A stretch of 64,000 nucleotides of DNA, from assembly GCF_009914755.1 (NCBI RefSeq), contig NC_060927.1; one strand, given 5' to 3'. Under the pieces are notes generated by a model, which did no database searches, was not told the DNA's origin, and worked only from the letters and a program-made list of their open reading frames with translations. Origin of the DNA: the human T2T-CHM13v2.0 reference genome, Homo sapiens. Below, in pieces: positions 46,105 to 59,759 of this stretch; the first letter of the stretch is position 1, and every line of letters starts with the position of its first letter. Position numbers and translations under genes: made by a program.

Positions 46105-47463
46105 ACAAACCTATTCCTCCTGTGTAACTGAGACTTTGTACATTGACCATCATTCCCTCATTTCCCCCAACCTCCAGCCTCTGGTAATTACCCTTCTACT
46201 CTCTGCCTCTATGAGTTTGATTGTTTTAGGTTCCACATGTAAGTGAGAACATGAGATATTTGTCTTTCTGTGCCTGGTCTATTTCACTTAGCAGAATGCT
46301 CTCCAATTCCATCTGTATTATTGCAAATGGCATAATTTCTGTTTTTAAAAAGCCAAATAGCATTCCATTGTGTATATATACCACATCTTCTTTACCTATT
46401 AATCTGTTGAGGGACACAAGTTGGTTCTATAACTCGGCTATTGTGAACAGTGTTGCAATGAATGTAAGCATGCAGACATCTCTTTGACATACTGATTCCA
46501 AATCTTTGGGGTAAAATACCCAGAAGTGAAATAGCTGTATTGTATGGTAGTTCTATTTTAGTTTTGTGAGAAAGCTCCATACATTTTCCATAATGGCTGT
46601 ATTAATTTACATTCCCACCAACAATGTACGAAGGTTCCCTTTTCTCCTCATCCCCATCAGTACTTGTTATCTTTTGTCTTTTTCACAATGGCCATTCTCA
46701 CAGGTGTTGGGTGATATCTCATTGTGGTTTGTGGTTTTGATTCGCATTTCCCTAATGATTAGTCATGTTGAGCATTTGTTCATACATCTGCTAGCCATTT
46801 GTATGTCTTCTTTTGAGAAATATCTATTCAGATCTCTTGCCCATCTTTTAATCAGATTGTTTTCTTTCTATAGAGTTAAGTGTTTTTTAATTTTTTCATA
46901 TATTAATCTCATATCAGATGTGTAGCTTACACATATTTTCTCCCAATTCCTGGGCTGTCTTTTTACTCTGTTGTTTCTTTTGTTGTGCAGAAGCTTTTTA
47001 ATTTGATGTAATCCCACTTAACTATTTTTGTTTATGTTGTCTGTGCTTTTGGAGTCAAATCTAACAAACTCATTGCCCAGTTAAATATGGTTGGAGTTTT
47101 CCACTGTTTTCTTCTAGTAGTACTATAGCTTCAGGTCTCTTGTTTAAGTCTTTAATCCATTTTGAGTTAATTTTTGTATATAGAGTGAGATAGGGTTACA
47201 ATTTCATTCTTCTGCCTATGGATATCCAGTTATCCCAACACCATTTATTGTAGAGATTGTCCTTTTCCCATTGTGTATTCTTGACACCTTTGTCAAAAGT
47301 TAAACATGAAAACAGATTGTGAGACCTGAGGGGAGAAAAATCAATTGAATGTACATGCATGAGTTCATTTCTGGAATCTCTATGCTATTGAATTTGTCAG
47401 TATGTCTATTTATATGCCAGTACCATGCTGTTTAATTACAATTACTTTATAGTATAATTTGAA
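46105..47463 (-). mobile_element. L1MA-like ORF2 end and partial 3'UTR
   Basis: Antisense ORF2 C-terminus (ORF 46226-46417 ..ELESILLSEIDQAQKDKYLMFSL). Confidence 0.88.
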
Positions 47464-47464
47464 T

Positions 47465-47770
47465 ATTCAATAGATTTAAGGAATCAAACTCATACAGAAT
47501 AGTTCTGTGACAATAATAGAATTGTTAGAAATCAATAATATAAATATATTTAGAAAATTTCCCCCAAATTGAAAATTAAATACTATACTTCTGAGTAACC
47601 CATAGATCACAAGAGAACCATAAAGGATATTAGAAAATACTTTAGATTGAAAAATGATGAAAAACATAATATATTACAATTTGTGAGACACAACTAAGGC
47701 AGTTTCTTAGACCAATATTTACAGAATTAAATACTTATATAATAAAAGAAGAAAAGTTTAAAGTATAAAT
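47465..47770 (+). mobile_element. Old L1M ORF2 fragment (endonuclease-proximal)
   Basis: 'tagaaatcaataat...gaaaattaaatactatacttctgagtaacccatagatca'. Confidence 0.7.
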
Positions 47771-48280
47771 GGGGAATACAACTTTCTTTCTTCCTTGTCT
47801 CAGCCAAGGACTTAGAGTCGTTTCAGCTTATCAAGAACTCCAGACACTCTCCTAAGTTGTCTGAACACTTTGAGGGCTCCAGAATCTGTTAGTGCCCATA
47901 GAGGGCAGAAATTCCTGGAGTGAGCCAGCTGAATTATTTTTTACCAGAGGCAGGGCTGAGAAATTCTTGTTTAGCTTCATAGGCAACAGAGGGCTTAGCA
48001 AAAGAGGGGCTATGAAAAGCAAAGGAAATAAGTGACAGAAACCTCACTGTAGCTGATAGAACTTATTCATAAGTAAATGTGAAAAGAAAAAACACACAGA
48101 GTTTCCATCAGAAATAATAGGGGGTGTGGTAGCTTTAGAGGTGGGTAATAACTTGAAGGAAGTTAAAGATCAGTGTCACACATATGATGGCAAATTCTCC
48201 CTGAGTGAGTACAATACAGCCATGTATACAGAGAAAGTCCAGACTGTGGCCTTCTTAAAACAACTAATTTAGTAAGACAG

Positions 48281-48827
48281 TGTATTAGTTATCTGTTGCT
48301 GTATAACAAGTTATCCTCAAACTTAGTAGCTTGAAATAACGACATTTACTTTCTCTGAGTTTCTATAGTTTGGGAATCTAGATCCAGCTCAGCAGAATCT
48401 TTTGTTTCAGGATATCCCACAGGCTGCAATCTAGGTATGCACTGGGCCTCCAATGTCTAAGCCTCAACTGAGGAGGAATCCACTCAAGACCACTCATGTG
48501 GTTATTGGCAGGATTCCATTCATTTTGGGTGTTACACTGAGGAACTCAATTCCTTGTGGGCTTTTGGCTGAAGGCCACCCCCTCTCCTTTCCAGGGGGTT
48601 CCCTCCAACATTGCAGCTTGCTTCATCCAAGCATGCAAGTGGAGAAGTCAAAGAGAAGAGAGTCTAGCAAGATCAAAGGTGCAGTCTCTTGTAACCTAAC
48701 TACAAGAGTAATAACTTTTGTCGGACTCTATCCATTAGAAACAAGCTAGGTCCAGCCCACACTGAAGGGGAGGCCATGAGTACCAGGCCATGGAGATTAC
48801 TGGGAGCCATTTCAGAAAGCTACCACA
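48281..48827 (-). mobile_element. MLT1 (MLT1F-like) solo LTR
   Basis: TGtattagttat...ctaccaCA; perfect 5-bp TSD gacag at 48276-48280 and 48828-48832. Confidence 0.88.
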
Positions 48828-49589
48828 GACAGGAAAACAGGTAAGGGGTGGGGAAGAGATTTATACACACTGCCAGGGCATTTCCTCTTGGAGTGTGATG
48901 TCCTAAATAATACTCAACATTGGGACATTAAGCCCCTAAGGTGCTCAGATAACAACTGCACTCAGATGCATGGAGTTATGTATGAGGCAGGGCATTAAGC
49001 AGGCCCTGAGTGCAGAGATTTGTCTGAGATAAACGTGACCATACATGACAGCATCAGGAAGCCTTTCAACAAAGGGAAATCTTGAACTGGGAATACAGGA
49101 AGAAGTAGCTAATGAGGGGGAAGAGTGAATGATTATGTTAGATATAGGAAGTTTTACTGGATTTTAAAATATTTCTTTTATACAAACAATTTTGTAGACA
49201 ACCTTTTAAATAATATTTTTATAGATGTTTTGTGTGAATGTATGAGTGGGTTTCTCTAGTCCCTATGTCATCAATGAGTTCCTGAAGATAAAAGTTTGAG
49301 AAGCCCAGTTAGTGTGATTCATTGAAGTGTTTTCTAAACTTCAGCCATTTAAGTATTTCCTTTGTGACTTTTCCCAGAGTGGTATTACTATTAGGCGACA
49401 TTTTTTTAAAAGTTTAATGTCCATTTAACTCTGACATATTTTAAGAATATTTTTATAATCACTGCTAGAAACAGAAATCTGTTATTACTAGTCATAAATA
49501 TCATTCTTATGTACATTGAAATTGATGTATGTGTATAAAATATTTGTCTATGTACTTCATCTCCAGTGATAGGAAAATTGAATTAAAAA

Positions 49590-49800
49590 TTATACAATGG
49601 AAGGAACATGTACTTTGGGTTTGAATCACGACTTTGCCATTTTCTATTTATTAAAATATAGGTAACTAAGTAATAGTTGACTTATTTGAAACTCAGACTT
49701 CTTTTCTATAAAATTGGGATAATAGTATTCACCTTGACGTACTATTATTCACTGCTAATGAGATGATATTTGTGAAAAGGATCACATTTTGTATTTAATA
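49590..49800 (+). mobile_element. MIR
   Basis: 'ctcagacttcttttctataaaattgggataatagta' core. Confidence 0.6.
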
Positions 49801-51137
49801 ATAACTGTAAACATAATATTGGTGATAACTATTACCTATTGCACAATTACTATGTGCCAAGCATTGTACTAAACTGTAAATATGTTTTTAATAAAAGTTA
49901 GTGTTTGTTTTCAAAAACTGTCTTATCAAGTAGCTCAATAATTCCACTTAATATTGATTATCTCCCTAAACAGTTCCCAAGTTTCTAAGGGACTGAAAAA
50001 TATTTGAGGGTGTGCGATAGATTAGAACACTTACAGTGACTCTATCATTACAGCTGGACAAAAGTACCACGGTAAAATTTAATTAAGAATATGTTATAGA
50101 TAAAAATTATGACACTCAAATCCCTCCCTTTGTAGTATACTGTATTACATGGATTGTATTTAATTAGTCCTCATAGTTTACACGTTGGTACATAAAGCCC
50201 TTGCAGCTGATTTTGCCACATTTCAAGGGAAAATTAGTTCACAAATGTGGAGTTTCCTGAGAGTTTTCAGCACAAGAACAGAAGATACGACAGGTGCCCC
50301 ATGGGTGGTAATTTCTTTATAAACTAGAGACAATTAGGCTAATAAGACAATTTATGTGTCTTGATTCTACTCTCCCAAATTTCCAATACTTATCTTAAAA
50401 TAAGTATTTGCCAGTCCAACAGATAATCCCTTCCAGCTGGGTTCTGTCTTTCAATGACCTCCAATCTTACTTAGGTCAAACTTCCTCTAGCTGTTCTTAT
50501 CTTTCTACTCAAACCTTGTTAAAGCATTTGTGTGGAACAGACTTTCCTGAAGGGTTGAGGTAACAGGTTTGTGTGCCAATTTGCTACTCAGCCCTCCAAA
50601 ACCTCCCTGCTTCACTATTTTCTTGGGTTCCATTCCCTAGGCTCCTAAGAGCATACTCCGCTTCATTTTATTATGCAGAACAGCTTGGTTCTCCACCACC
50701 TACCCAGCTCAGAGCCTGCTACTGTATACCAAACAGTTCGTTAGGGGACAAGTAACAGACTCTTGTAGGCCCCTCGAAAGAGCACAAATTAATGGCAAGA
50801 GGCGTTGAAATTTTCTTACTTTTTATCATTTCAACTAATCTCCATAAGAATAAAATAACAATGCATACACTATTTTATGCAATTTCCCTGAGAAGGCAGA
50901 AGCACTTATAATCGTTTTGGGTGGTAAGTAATTTTTTCTTTTTATTATAGTTGAATAATTCCAGGCAGAAACGAGAAGTTTCTAATCCCATTTTAACAGT
51001 TTCCTCTACCAATCAAAGGTTTCCTCACTCTACTTTCTAACATTTTTCACAATGGTCATGCACATATAAAAAGGGAATAAACCAATCTTTTGGGATAATA
51101 AAATCCAATGTACCCATTTTACAGAGAAATAAACTGA

Positions 51138-51478
<341 letters not shown>

Positions 51479-52971
51479 GGAACCTAAATTTAAACAACTA
51501 TTCAAGGAGAGGAATAGACAGTAACTCGGGTCGGTATATCATATCCCTCCATATTTTCAGTGCATCATTCAACGGCAAGGATGAAAGGTCAAAAAGTAAC
51601 ATCTTGAATATGTCCCAGCAAAGAAAATTATTAGTACTCTGAGACCAATAATTGCCCCCAGAATTTTAGTTGGTGGAGCATTTTAATTAGTATTTGAAAG
51701 ATTGTAATCCAAACTGTAACTGGTCCCCTCTTTTCTCTGTGCATTCTTTCCTCTCAGCACAGTTCATCACTAATTCACACTCTACCTGACATTTCAACAC
51801 ACAGGAGGAAAAAGGAAGTTATGGGCTTCTAGAATCTCCAGCAATACTTTCTCTCCTTGACAATAGCTATGATCCACTTCTCAATATCTGCTGCAGTCTT
51901 TCACTAGAAAGCCAAACTTTCAGCTGAAAAGCCACTAATATCAGACTAACGCTTGTAGCAGAATCCTCTCTTTTTCTGAAAATATCGGAGGATTGAAGGG
52001 GGTGACCCCATATGGGCTGGGGTGGACGTGATAAAATGCAAATTTGCAGCTTTCAGTGGAGAGAGAATGATACAGTACTAGGTCAGAAGTGTGGACTGAA
52101 TGAGGATTTTTTTAAATACTAATGTAACTGCGGGAGGATGGCTTCCAGATGGGAGGGGCAGCCTGTGGAGAGAGGTTTGTGGGGGCTGAGGGTGAAAATT
52201 GAGCAAGCATATGGAACTGTTAGGGAAAGAAAAAGGCTCTAAGAAGACAGAAGGTGTGGAAATGAGACTCATATGGAGTAGAGAGCTTGATAAAGATAAG
52301 CAAAGTGTGTTAGGTCTGAAAAGAGGGAGGCATACTCAGGAAATGACCTTGGATAAAGCTGGAATCCTAAAGGCTTCTAGGAGTAGTTTCCATTATAAAG
52401 CAAGAGAGAAAAGAAAGAGACATGCTAGTCCAGCAAAGAAAAATAAGGCTTCCAGGGGGCTTGGGGTTAAAGTAAGGAAAGGAAAGTAATGGGAAGGTAT
52501 AGAACAGCATCTCTTTGGGATTTTCAGGTAAAATGTTGTACAGAACATTCAAGCATCTAGGAGCATCTGAATTTCTTCTACTCAAAATATCTTTACAGAT
52601 AAGGCAAATGGAGCAAAATGTGAGTAATAAGTGAAACTAGGTAAAGGGTTCTTTGGTGTCCCTTTTGTCCTTTGACTATTGTTAACTCTTGAATGATAAA
52701 CAAGGAGTCACCGCTAGGTTTTGCTCTGTAGTGTTACCTCACCTCTGATAAATGTTTGGTTTCTTCCTCTGGTGTCGCAATTCAAAGAACAAGCGAAGAC
52801 TGATGAGACAGAGGAGTTTCCCACTTAAGAAAAGCTGTTCTAATAGCCACTCCCTGCTGTCAATTTTTTCTCAGCCTACTTAATTGATATAATGTTCTCA
52901 TCATCCCCACATTCCTAAGATGCCCTCCATCCCCAAGTGTGACATAGGTAGATGGTTTAACATGCACTAAA

Positions 52972-53249
52972 CTTTGACAGAAAGTCTCACTCTGTCACCC
53001 AGGCTGGAGTTCAGTGGCACGATCGCGGCTCACTGCAACCTCTCTCCTGGGCTCAAGTGATCCTCCTGCCTCAGCCTCTCGAGTAACTGGGACTAGAGGT
53101 GTGTGCCACCATTCGCAGCTAATATTTTTGGTAGAGACAGAGTTTCACCATATTGCCCAGGCTGGTCTTAAACTTGTGACCTCAAGCAATCTGCCCGCCT
53201 CAGCCTCCCAAACTATTGGAATTACAGGCATGAGCCACTGTGCCTGGCT
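52972..53249 (-). mobile_element. AluJ with eroded tail
   Basis: Diverged dimer, 'cctgggctcaagtgatcctcc'. Confidence 0.9.
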
Positions 53250-53538
53250 ACAATAAACTCTTCCTAAAATGTCAGGCACTGCTGGACTGAACATGACAAT
53301 GTAACATAGTTTAGTCAGTTTACTAGCAAGAAATCATCAAATGTACTAAACATAAGCCATCTTACTCAAGTACCATTTCATTTCCCTAGATCCTGTACTT
53401 ATGCTGAATCTGCAACAATTCTCCAACTAAGGTGATTGTATGAGCTCTGATTCTTCTTTGCCAAGTCCTCTTCTGTCCTTATTTTTAGTTTTCACTGTAT
53501 TATACCTATTACCTCCTTAACTTTGAGCCTGTCAACAT

Positions 53539-53606
53539 TTTAGTATAATCACTAAATTATACTAAATCTAGTATAATCACAAATTATAGTAAATCTAGCA
53601 TAATCA
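53539..53606. repeat. ~28-bp unit x2.4 with an internal hairpin
   Basis: tagtataatcactaaattatactaaatc repeated; 11-bp inverted arms at 53539-53549 and 53556-53566. Confidence 0.9.
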
Positions 53607-55199
53607 GTGGATAATCCAGTATCTAATGTTGAATTTTGTTCATATTTTTAAAACACTTTATTTTCTTACCATATAACACCCATGGGGAGTCAGTGTGTAT
53701 TTGTATTTCAAAATGTGTTATTGGTCTTCAGTATATGTACAATTGTTAATATCTAAGAAAAGCCCTGTTTAATTCTGTATTCCTTTACTAGAAGAGTCTG
53801 ATTCATTTATTATGATAAGGCGTCTATATGCCTTTAACGAAACCTATTTCATAAATAGTTTAGACTTTGATGTTTGCTAACAATGTAGTAAAGCAATTTG
53901 TGTATACTGACATGACTTGCCAGCATGCTATCTTGCAAAGGATCCTATGGGTAAGTAGGAACAACAGAAGTGGCAGGAAAAGGCCATGAGTCTCAGTCAC
54001 ACTATCTTTGTAGTAGGAACTCTGGATCCCTTTGGATTTGTTCTGCTTTGGCAGAACACAACTGGAAGACTTCTGTTGGGGACTTCCCAGGGATTCCCAT
54101 TTCAATACGTATGCCTGCATATGGCCTCTGAATCACAGTTGAGTAATGCAGCAGAGGCACTACCACTTGCGCTCGACCACATCAGACTCCGACTTCTCTT
54201 TGATTGCAAACTTCCAGGCGACCAGAAGTCTCCAACAAAGCATAACTTCTACCTCAGAACCAACAGCTTTCATTACACCGCAGGGTGAACAAGCCCTTTC
54301 AGCCACCTCCTTGTTGCCTGACTTAGATTTTAACCTTCCTTTCAATCTTATGTGTTTCTCACTCTAAAGTAGAAGAGAGTAGATGGAGAATCCTGGATCT
54401 TTATGGCTTTTGAAAGAGGGTCTGCAGAGGGACCCTGGGGGACTAGCCCTGACAGCTTTATTTCAGACTATGTCACCAGAAACGCAAGTGGGAAGGGAAG
54501 TTATTGTGAGCATTTCAAAACAACATTCAGTATCACCTTCTGTTTTGACCTGTTCACCCTTTTCTTTCACGAAATTATCTTTTGATTCTCAAACTCCCTT
54601 GCCCTAGTCTAAGAACAAAGAGCCCCCACCCACCTTTAGCACACAAATTGCTTTAGTAATTTTTAAGTTATAAAGCGGGGGAGGGGAGGGGATGGTGGAG
54701 GGAGGGGAATTTCATTAAAAACTTGTTTTTTATGGATAATTCAAATATAGTTGAACTTTAGAACTTTAAGATGAAGAATAAGATTGTTATGTTTTTGAAA
54801 AAAAAAAAAAACTCTGAGCAATCAACAACCAGCCTTCATATAGGCACAATAAAATTGAGTTTTAAAGTGTATAATCATACCTCTGCATAACATGGCAGGG
54901 ATATTATTGTTTGTTTTGATATGGTGCTTTATTTTAAAATGTACATAGCTATGCAAATAAAGTTAGGTAACTCAATCAAGGCATAACACTTTCCTTCTTT
55001 TACAATTTACTATGTAACTTTTTAAAATCTGAAACACAAGGAAATTAAATTAAAAAAAACTCAGAAGAAAATATTCAAGCGCCGATGTTATATATTAAAA
55101 AAATCAAAGATGTTTAAGATTTTCATCAGGACAAGGTTAATTAACATTACCAGTAGGTGATACTGTCAATAAAAGAACATACTTCCAAATTTTGTGTCT

Positions 55200-55590
55200 C
55201 TATGTGACTCTCCATTATCTTTCAACACTTCCATCATCTCTATACCCCCGGCCTTTGTATAATTAATTACTCTCCTGGCCTAGAATGTCCTTTAACCCCT
55301 CTTGTCTACCTGGCTAACCCACAGTCATGCTTCAAAACTCAGATCTGTTGTCTTCTTATCTGGAAAAACTTCTTTATCCTAACTGACCCAGAAAAGTGGT
55401 ATCTTCCCATATTTTAATCTGGAATTAATTTACTATAACTTATTTATTTTTGTCTTATCCCTCAATTTGGTTAGGAACTCTTGAAGTTAGAAATTTTATG
55501 TTACTCATTTTTCTATTCCTAGCACCTATGAGATCTTGTGCCTAGTACATGGAAAATCCTCAATATATATTTGTTTGATTGAATTTATTT
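55200..55590 (+). mobile_element. L2 3' fragment
   Basis: 'ctggcctagaatgtcc...cttcaaaactcag...ctcaatatatatttgtttgattgaat'. Confidence 0.65.
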
Positions 55591-55797
55591 AAGGTTTTTT
55601 TACTAATGTGATAGATTTTCTAGGATATTTGTCAATATTTTATTCAAATAAAACTATAAAATGCCCAAAAAATAGCGAAATCCAACTAAAGTCACCTCTT
55701 TTCTAAAGGCTTTTAAAGGAAAGAAGCTATGATTAATATTTTAGGCACATTTCCTTATCCTAGTCTTTTAAAAACCTTTCAGAATATAACTAGAATG

Positions 55798-55873
55798 TAT
55801 TGGGTAAATCATATAAAATTGTCATTGGTCAAAAGAGTCAAACATTCATAATTTTGTATGATTCAGCATAATA
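55798..55873. mobile_element. MADE2-like mariner MITE
   Basis: Imperfect TIRs tattgggtaaatcatataaaatt / aattttgtatgattcagcataata, TA-flanked. Confidence 0.7.
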
Positions 55874-56779
55874 GATGCCTGATCTGTTACCTTGGTTATC
55901 GCTGTGATTTTGCCCTGTTAAGGAAGGATGGATCTATGCTTCAATATCAAGGCCCTTTTCCACTTCCATTCATGTTTGCCTGATAGCAGGTTTGCTGTGC
56001 TGTGGATAGCTGAAGTGCCTCACTGTTGTGCATCCTTTGGGGATGAAGCCTCCTAGGAGTGGGAATGGGCTGAGTCAGGGTTCACGTTAGAGAAGGATGT
56101 TACCCTGTTCTGGCCTTGAATGCCTATTCTCAGGGTTGATTTCTTCAATCAGCTAGATTTACCATCAATTATGTTCTTAGTCCTCAGATTTGGCTTTGAA
56201 ACAAGGAACATGTGGCACCTTATATTTCCCTGGAGGATATCTCCCACATGGTACTTTGCTCACACCAAAGTAGATTTGCCCGTCAGCTTCCCTGACTTCC
56301 CTTCTTCAAGACAATATTTCTCATATTGCATGTAGAGAGTCAAGCTATCTAGCTTTGAGTTGTCTGCTCATCACTTTTGTCAACAGGGACTCTTGTTCTT
56401 TGGTCTATCCCACCTGTTTTAACTATATTTCTTCCAGAAGAATGGAGTTAGGTTTTTCTGCTTCATGAAACTGCTTACAGATACATGAATATGGGCTGAA
56501 TCATAATACAGTAAGGTGGATTCAAAATCATAGTTGGTTGGCATTATGAACAAAAAATTATCTTAAATACTTAAGTTATAGTACAAACTCTCAACCAGTA
56601 GTGGTATGATATGTTCTCTTAGCATCCATTTCTTTATCTATAATATGAGAGTAAGAACAAAAAGGCTGCCCTTCCTATAACCTAGGATTATAGTATCAAA
56701 TGGGGTCATGTACATGAATGTGCTTTGTGAATGCTTTAGCATCATGAAAATATAAAATATTAGTATTATGTGCATTATT

Positions 56780-57560
56780 ATTGGAATCTGTTCTACCCAA
56801 CATTTTTACCAACAACTTGAACAAAGACATAAAAGCATGATTATAAGCATTGCAGATGATAGACATATGGGAGGAATAGCTGATAAAAAGAAACAAGATA
56901 GAATCAAAGTTCAAAGAAATCATGACAGATTGAAATGATGACTAAAACTACTAAAATAATATATAATATGAACAGATGTAAAATAACACACTTCTGTTAA
57001 AGAGAATCATGTCAGGAGAGACCTGTTATGACATTAGTTTATATGAACCACAGTTATATGACTGGGATTTGAGAGTAATTTTAGGTTTCTTTAATAGGAA
57101 TGCTGTGTCCAGAACAAAGGAGATAATATGCTACATGTGTCAAATCATTGCTAACTTATGTAGCATTTAAATATTGAAATATCAGAAATTTGGTACCACA
57201 TTAGAAAGATGTAACGTGATCTAGGGAAAACGACCAGAATTTTGAAAGGCCTAAAACCATATCGTATGAGAAGCAGTTGACAGAGCTAGGGTTGTATTGC
57301 TTGGGAAAAAAGACTTAAGAGACATATAAAGGTGTCTACAAATGTTTCAAGGACTTCTATATAGCCAAGGCATAAAATGCCTAAAGCAAAGAGTAATTAA
57401 GTATCCAAAAGATATATGGCACATCCTAGATTCTCAGTAAGTGACAGTTGAATCTAAATTAATTCTGCATTGCTCTAGTGGAAAGAATATGGGCCTATGG
57501 CTGGGAGAAATCAGAACAGTGAAAACAAAAACAGAGTTTCCTGTGGTTGGACATATTCAA
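56780..57560 (+). mobile_element. CR1/L3 RT-region fragments
   Basis: Degenerate ADD codons 'ttgcagatgat' within CR1-like context. Confidence 0.6.
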
Positions 57561-57841
57561 AAAAACTGACATTTATTGCTACATGAAATGTTTCTGGGCT
57601 ATGCTAGAAATATACATATATATAGTGTTTTATTTGGAGAGGGAGGGCATGCTGAAATAATTATACACCTGCCTGCTATCCATGTCCATCTCAGTTAAGC
57701 CAAGTTAACATACAAAATGCAATTACATTTTCAGAAAAAAAATAAAAATAATATCACCTTTTATTACCACTGGAAATTCTTAGACACAGAGAGATTATGT
57801 AGACTAAATATTTGGTAATACTTCAATAGCACCTTCTGACT

Positions 57842-58000
57842 CAGTGGCTTTCAAACATTATAGAATGTATCAAAATCATGCAAAGGGACTGCTAAAGCAT
57901 TGATCACTGAATCTCACCCCCAGGGTTTCTGAATGAGTAGTAGATCTAAAGAAGAGGCCCCCAAGTCTGCATATCTAATAAGTTCCCAAGTGGTACTTAT
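57842..58000. mobile_element. MER5A-like hAT element
   Basis: 'cagtggctttcaaac...ctgcatatctaataagttcccaagtg'. Confidence 0.7.
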
Positions 58001-58379
58001 GAAGACTCTCTGCTTTATATAAAACTGTCTCATTCATAGGCCTTGCTAAAGATACACCAAGTGGCCCAATTTGTAATTCATGGAACCTTCCCACCACTCT
58101 TGGTTGATAATTAGAGATCAGAAACTGACCAATCCATACTGTTCAGTGACCTATAATGTGCCTAACAAATAGGCAGTGGAAATCAAGTTTCATCGCTTAA
58201 TAATTTGATCCAGTCCATGTTTAAAGGACAGACAGGTAATTAGTATGAGAAACAGAAATATAAATACCAACAAGTATTTTTAAAAAGGTGAAAATAAAAG
58301 AAGAGAGAATACAGAAAACAAATGAGAAGCATCTGAGTCAGGATAATGGTTAAGCACTGGATTTAACTTCATTTTCTTT

Positions 58380-58434
58380 CTTTTTTTTAATTTTATTATT
58401 ATTATACTTTAAGTTTTAGGGTACATGTAACACA
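58380..58434 (-). mobile_element. 55-bp extremely truncated L1PA insertion with 17-bp TSD
   Basis: 'tattattatactttaagttttagggtacatgt'; TSD ttaacttcattttcttt at 58363-58379 and 58435-58451. Confidence 0.92.
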
Positions 58435-58599
58435 TTAACTTCATTTTCTTTTCCTTAACATCTTTTGCTAAAATTCCTGAAACTACCTTGAATCTCGTTC
58501 CTATATCCATCAGGATGGCTCTACTAAAGTTTGTGTTCTTCCTGTTTTTTAATTATTTGACATTTTTTATGTTCTTGTTCACATACTTGCTTACAATAC

Positions 58600-59100
58600 A
58601 CCTCACACTTATTTTGTGGGTATAGAATTGAAAATGATGTACTTGGGCATTTTAAAGAATAGTATCTTTCTGCTTCCAGAGTTGCTGTTGAGAAATCCAT
58701 TGCCGCATTTATTCCCTATCTTTTGCTTGAGACTTAATTTTTTACCCCGTGGAAGTTTTAAGGGCTTTCTCTTTACTCCTAGTGCCCTAAAATTTCATGA
58801 AAAATGTGTCTTCGTGTGAGTCTTTTAAAAATTATTCTGTAGGTACTCAATGGACTCATTCGTTCTGAAAAATTGTGTTCTTTTGTCATGGACTTTTGTT
58901 AGCTTGTTTATTTTTTGCTTTAAAAAATTTTTTTTCATTCTCTATTTTGTGATTCTTATTTTAGAAACACTTTTTAATCAAATGTGGGATTTGTTGAACT
59001 GATCTTCTATTTTTGCCCTATTGTCTTCCATTTTCAATATATGTCCTCTTATTCTCTTTCCTGCAAGACATTCTCAATTTTATCTTTTAAGCTTTCTCCT
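58600..59100 (-). mobile_element. Ancient L1ME-like fragment
   Basis: 'ctgcttccagagttgctgttgagaaatcc' is typical of antisense old L1M ORF1; followed by (TG/TA)n to about 59186. Confidence 0.5.
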
Positions 59101-59759
59101 GTTACATATATGTGTGTGTATATGTGTGTGCATGTGTGTATGTGTATGCATGTAATGTGTGTGTACATATATGTGTGTATATATATAAATAATAAAGATA
59201 TAATAATAATTAGGAGTGAGTGATGAAGACTGATGTATAGAGGATGACTCGGAATCATCAACTGAGAGCTGGGTGTGTTTTTTTTTGTGTATAAGAATAT
59301 GGTTGTGAATTTAAAAGAAAAAACAAATAAATATTTTGAATTTTACCATTTGGAATTTACTTTCTGTAAAGATAACAAGAGAATTGAATTGAATATTTAG
59401 ATTTATGCTTAGAATATTTTACATAACAAAAAATCAAGAACCTACTTAGCCTAGCAATTGTATATCTAGGAATACATTTTTTTAAAGTATCTCTTTTTTG
59501 GTTGTTTCTAATTATTATACATTTCAGGTCGAATGTAGTGCCCACCTTTTTTATAAGCTCGTTCTATGATAATTTTAGCATTTTTATTCAAGTAGGGTGA
59601 GAGACAATAAATATGAAAATACAAAATGCATACATCAGTAATGATAAGTGCTTAGAGGAAAAATAAATCTGGTGAAGAGATGAAGCCTGATTCAGGGTGC
59701 CATTCTAAACGGGTTGGTCATGGAAGTTCTCTCTGAAGAAGTGAAAAAAAAAAAAAAAA

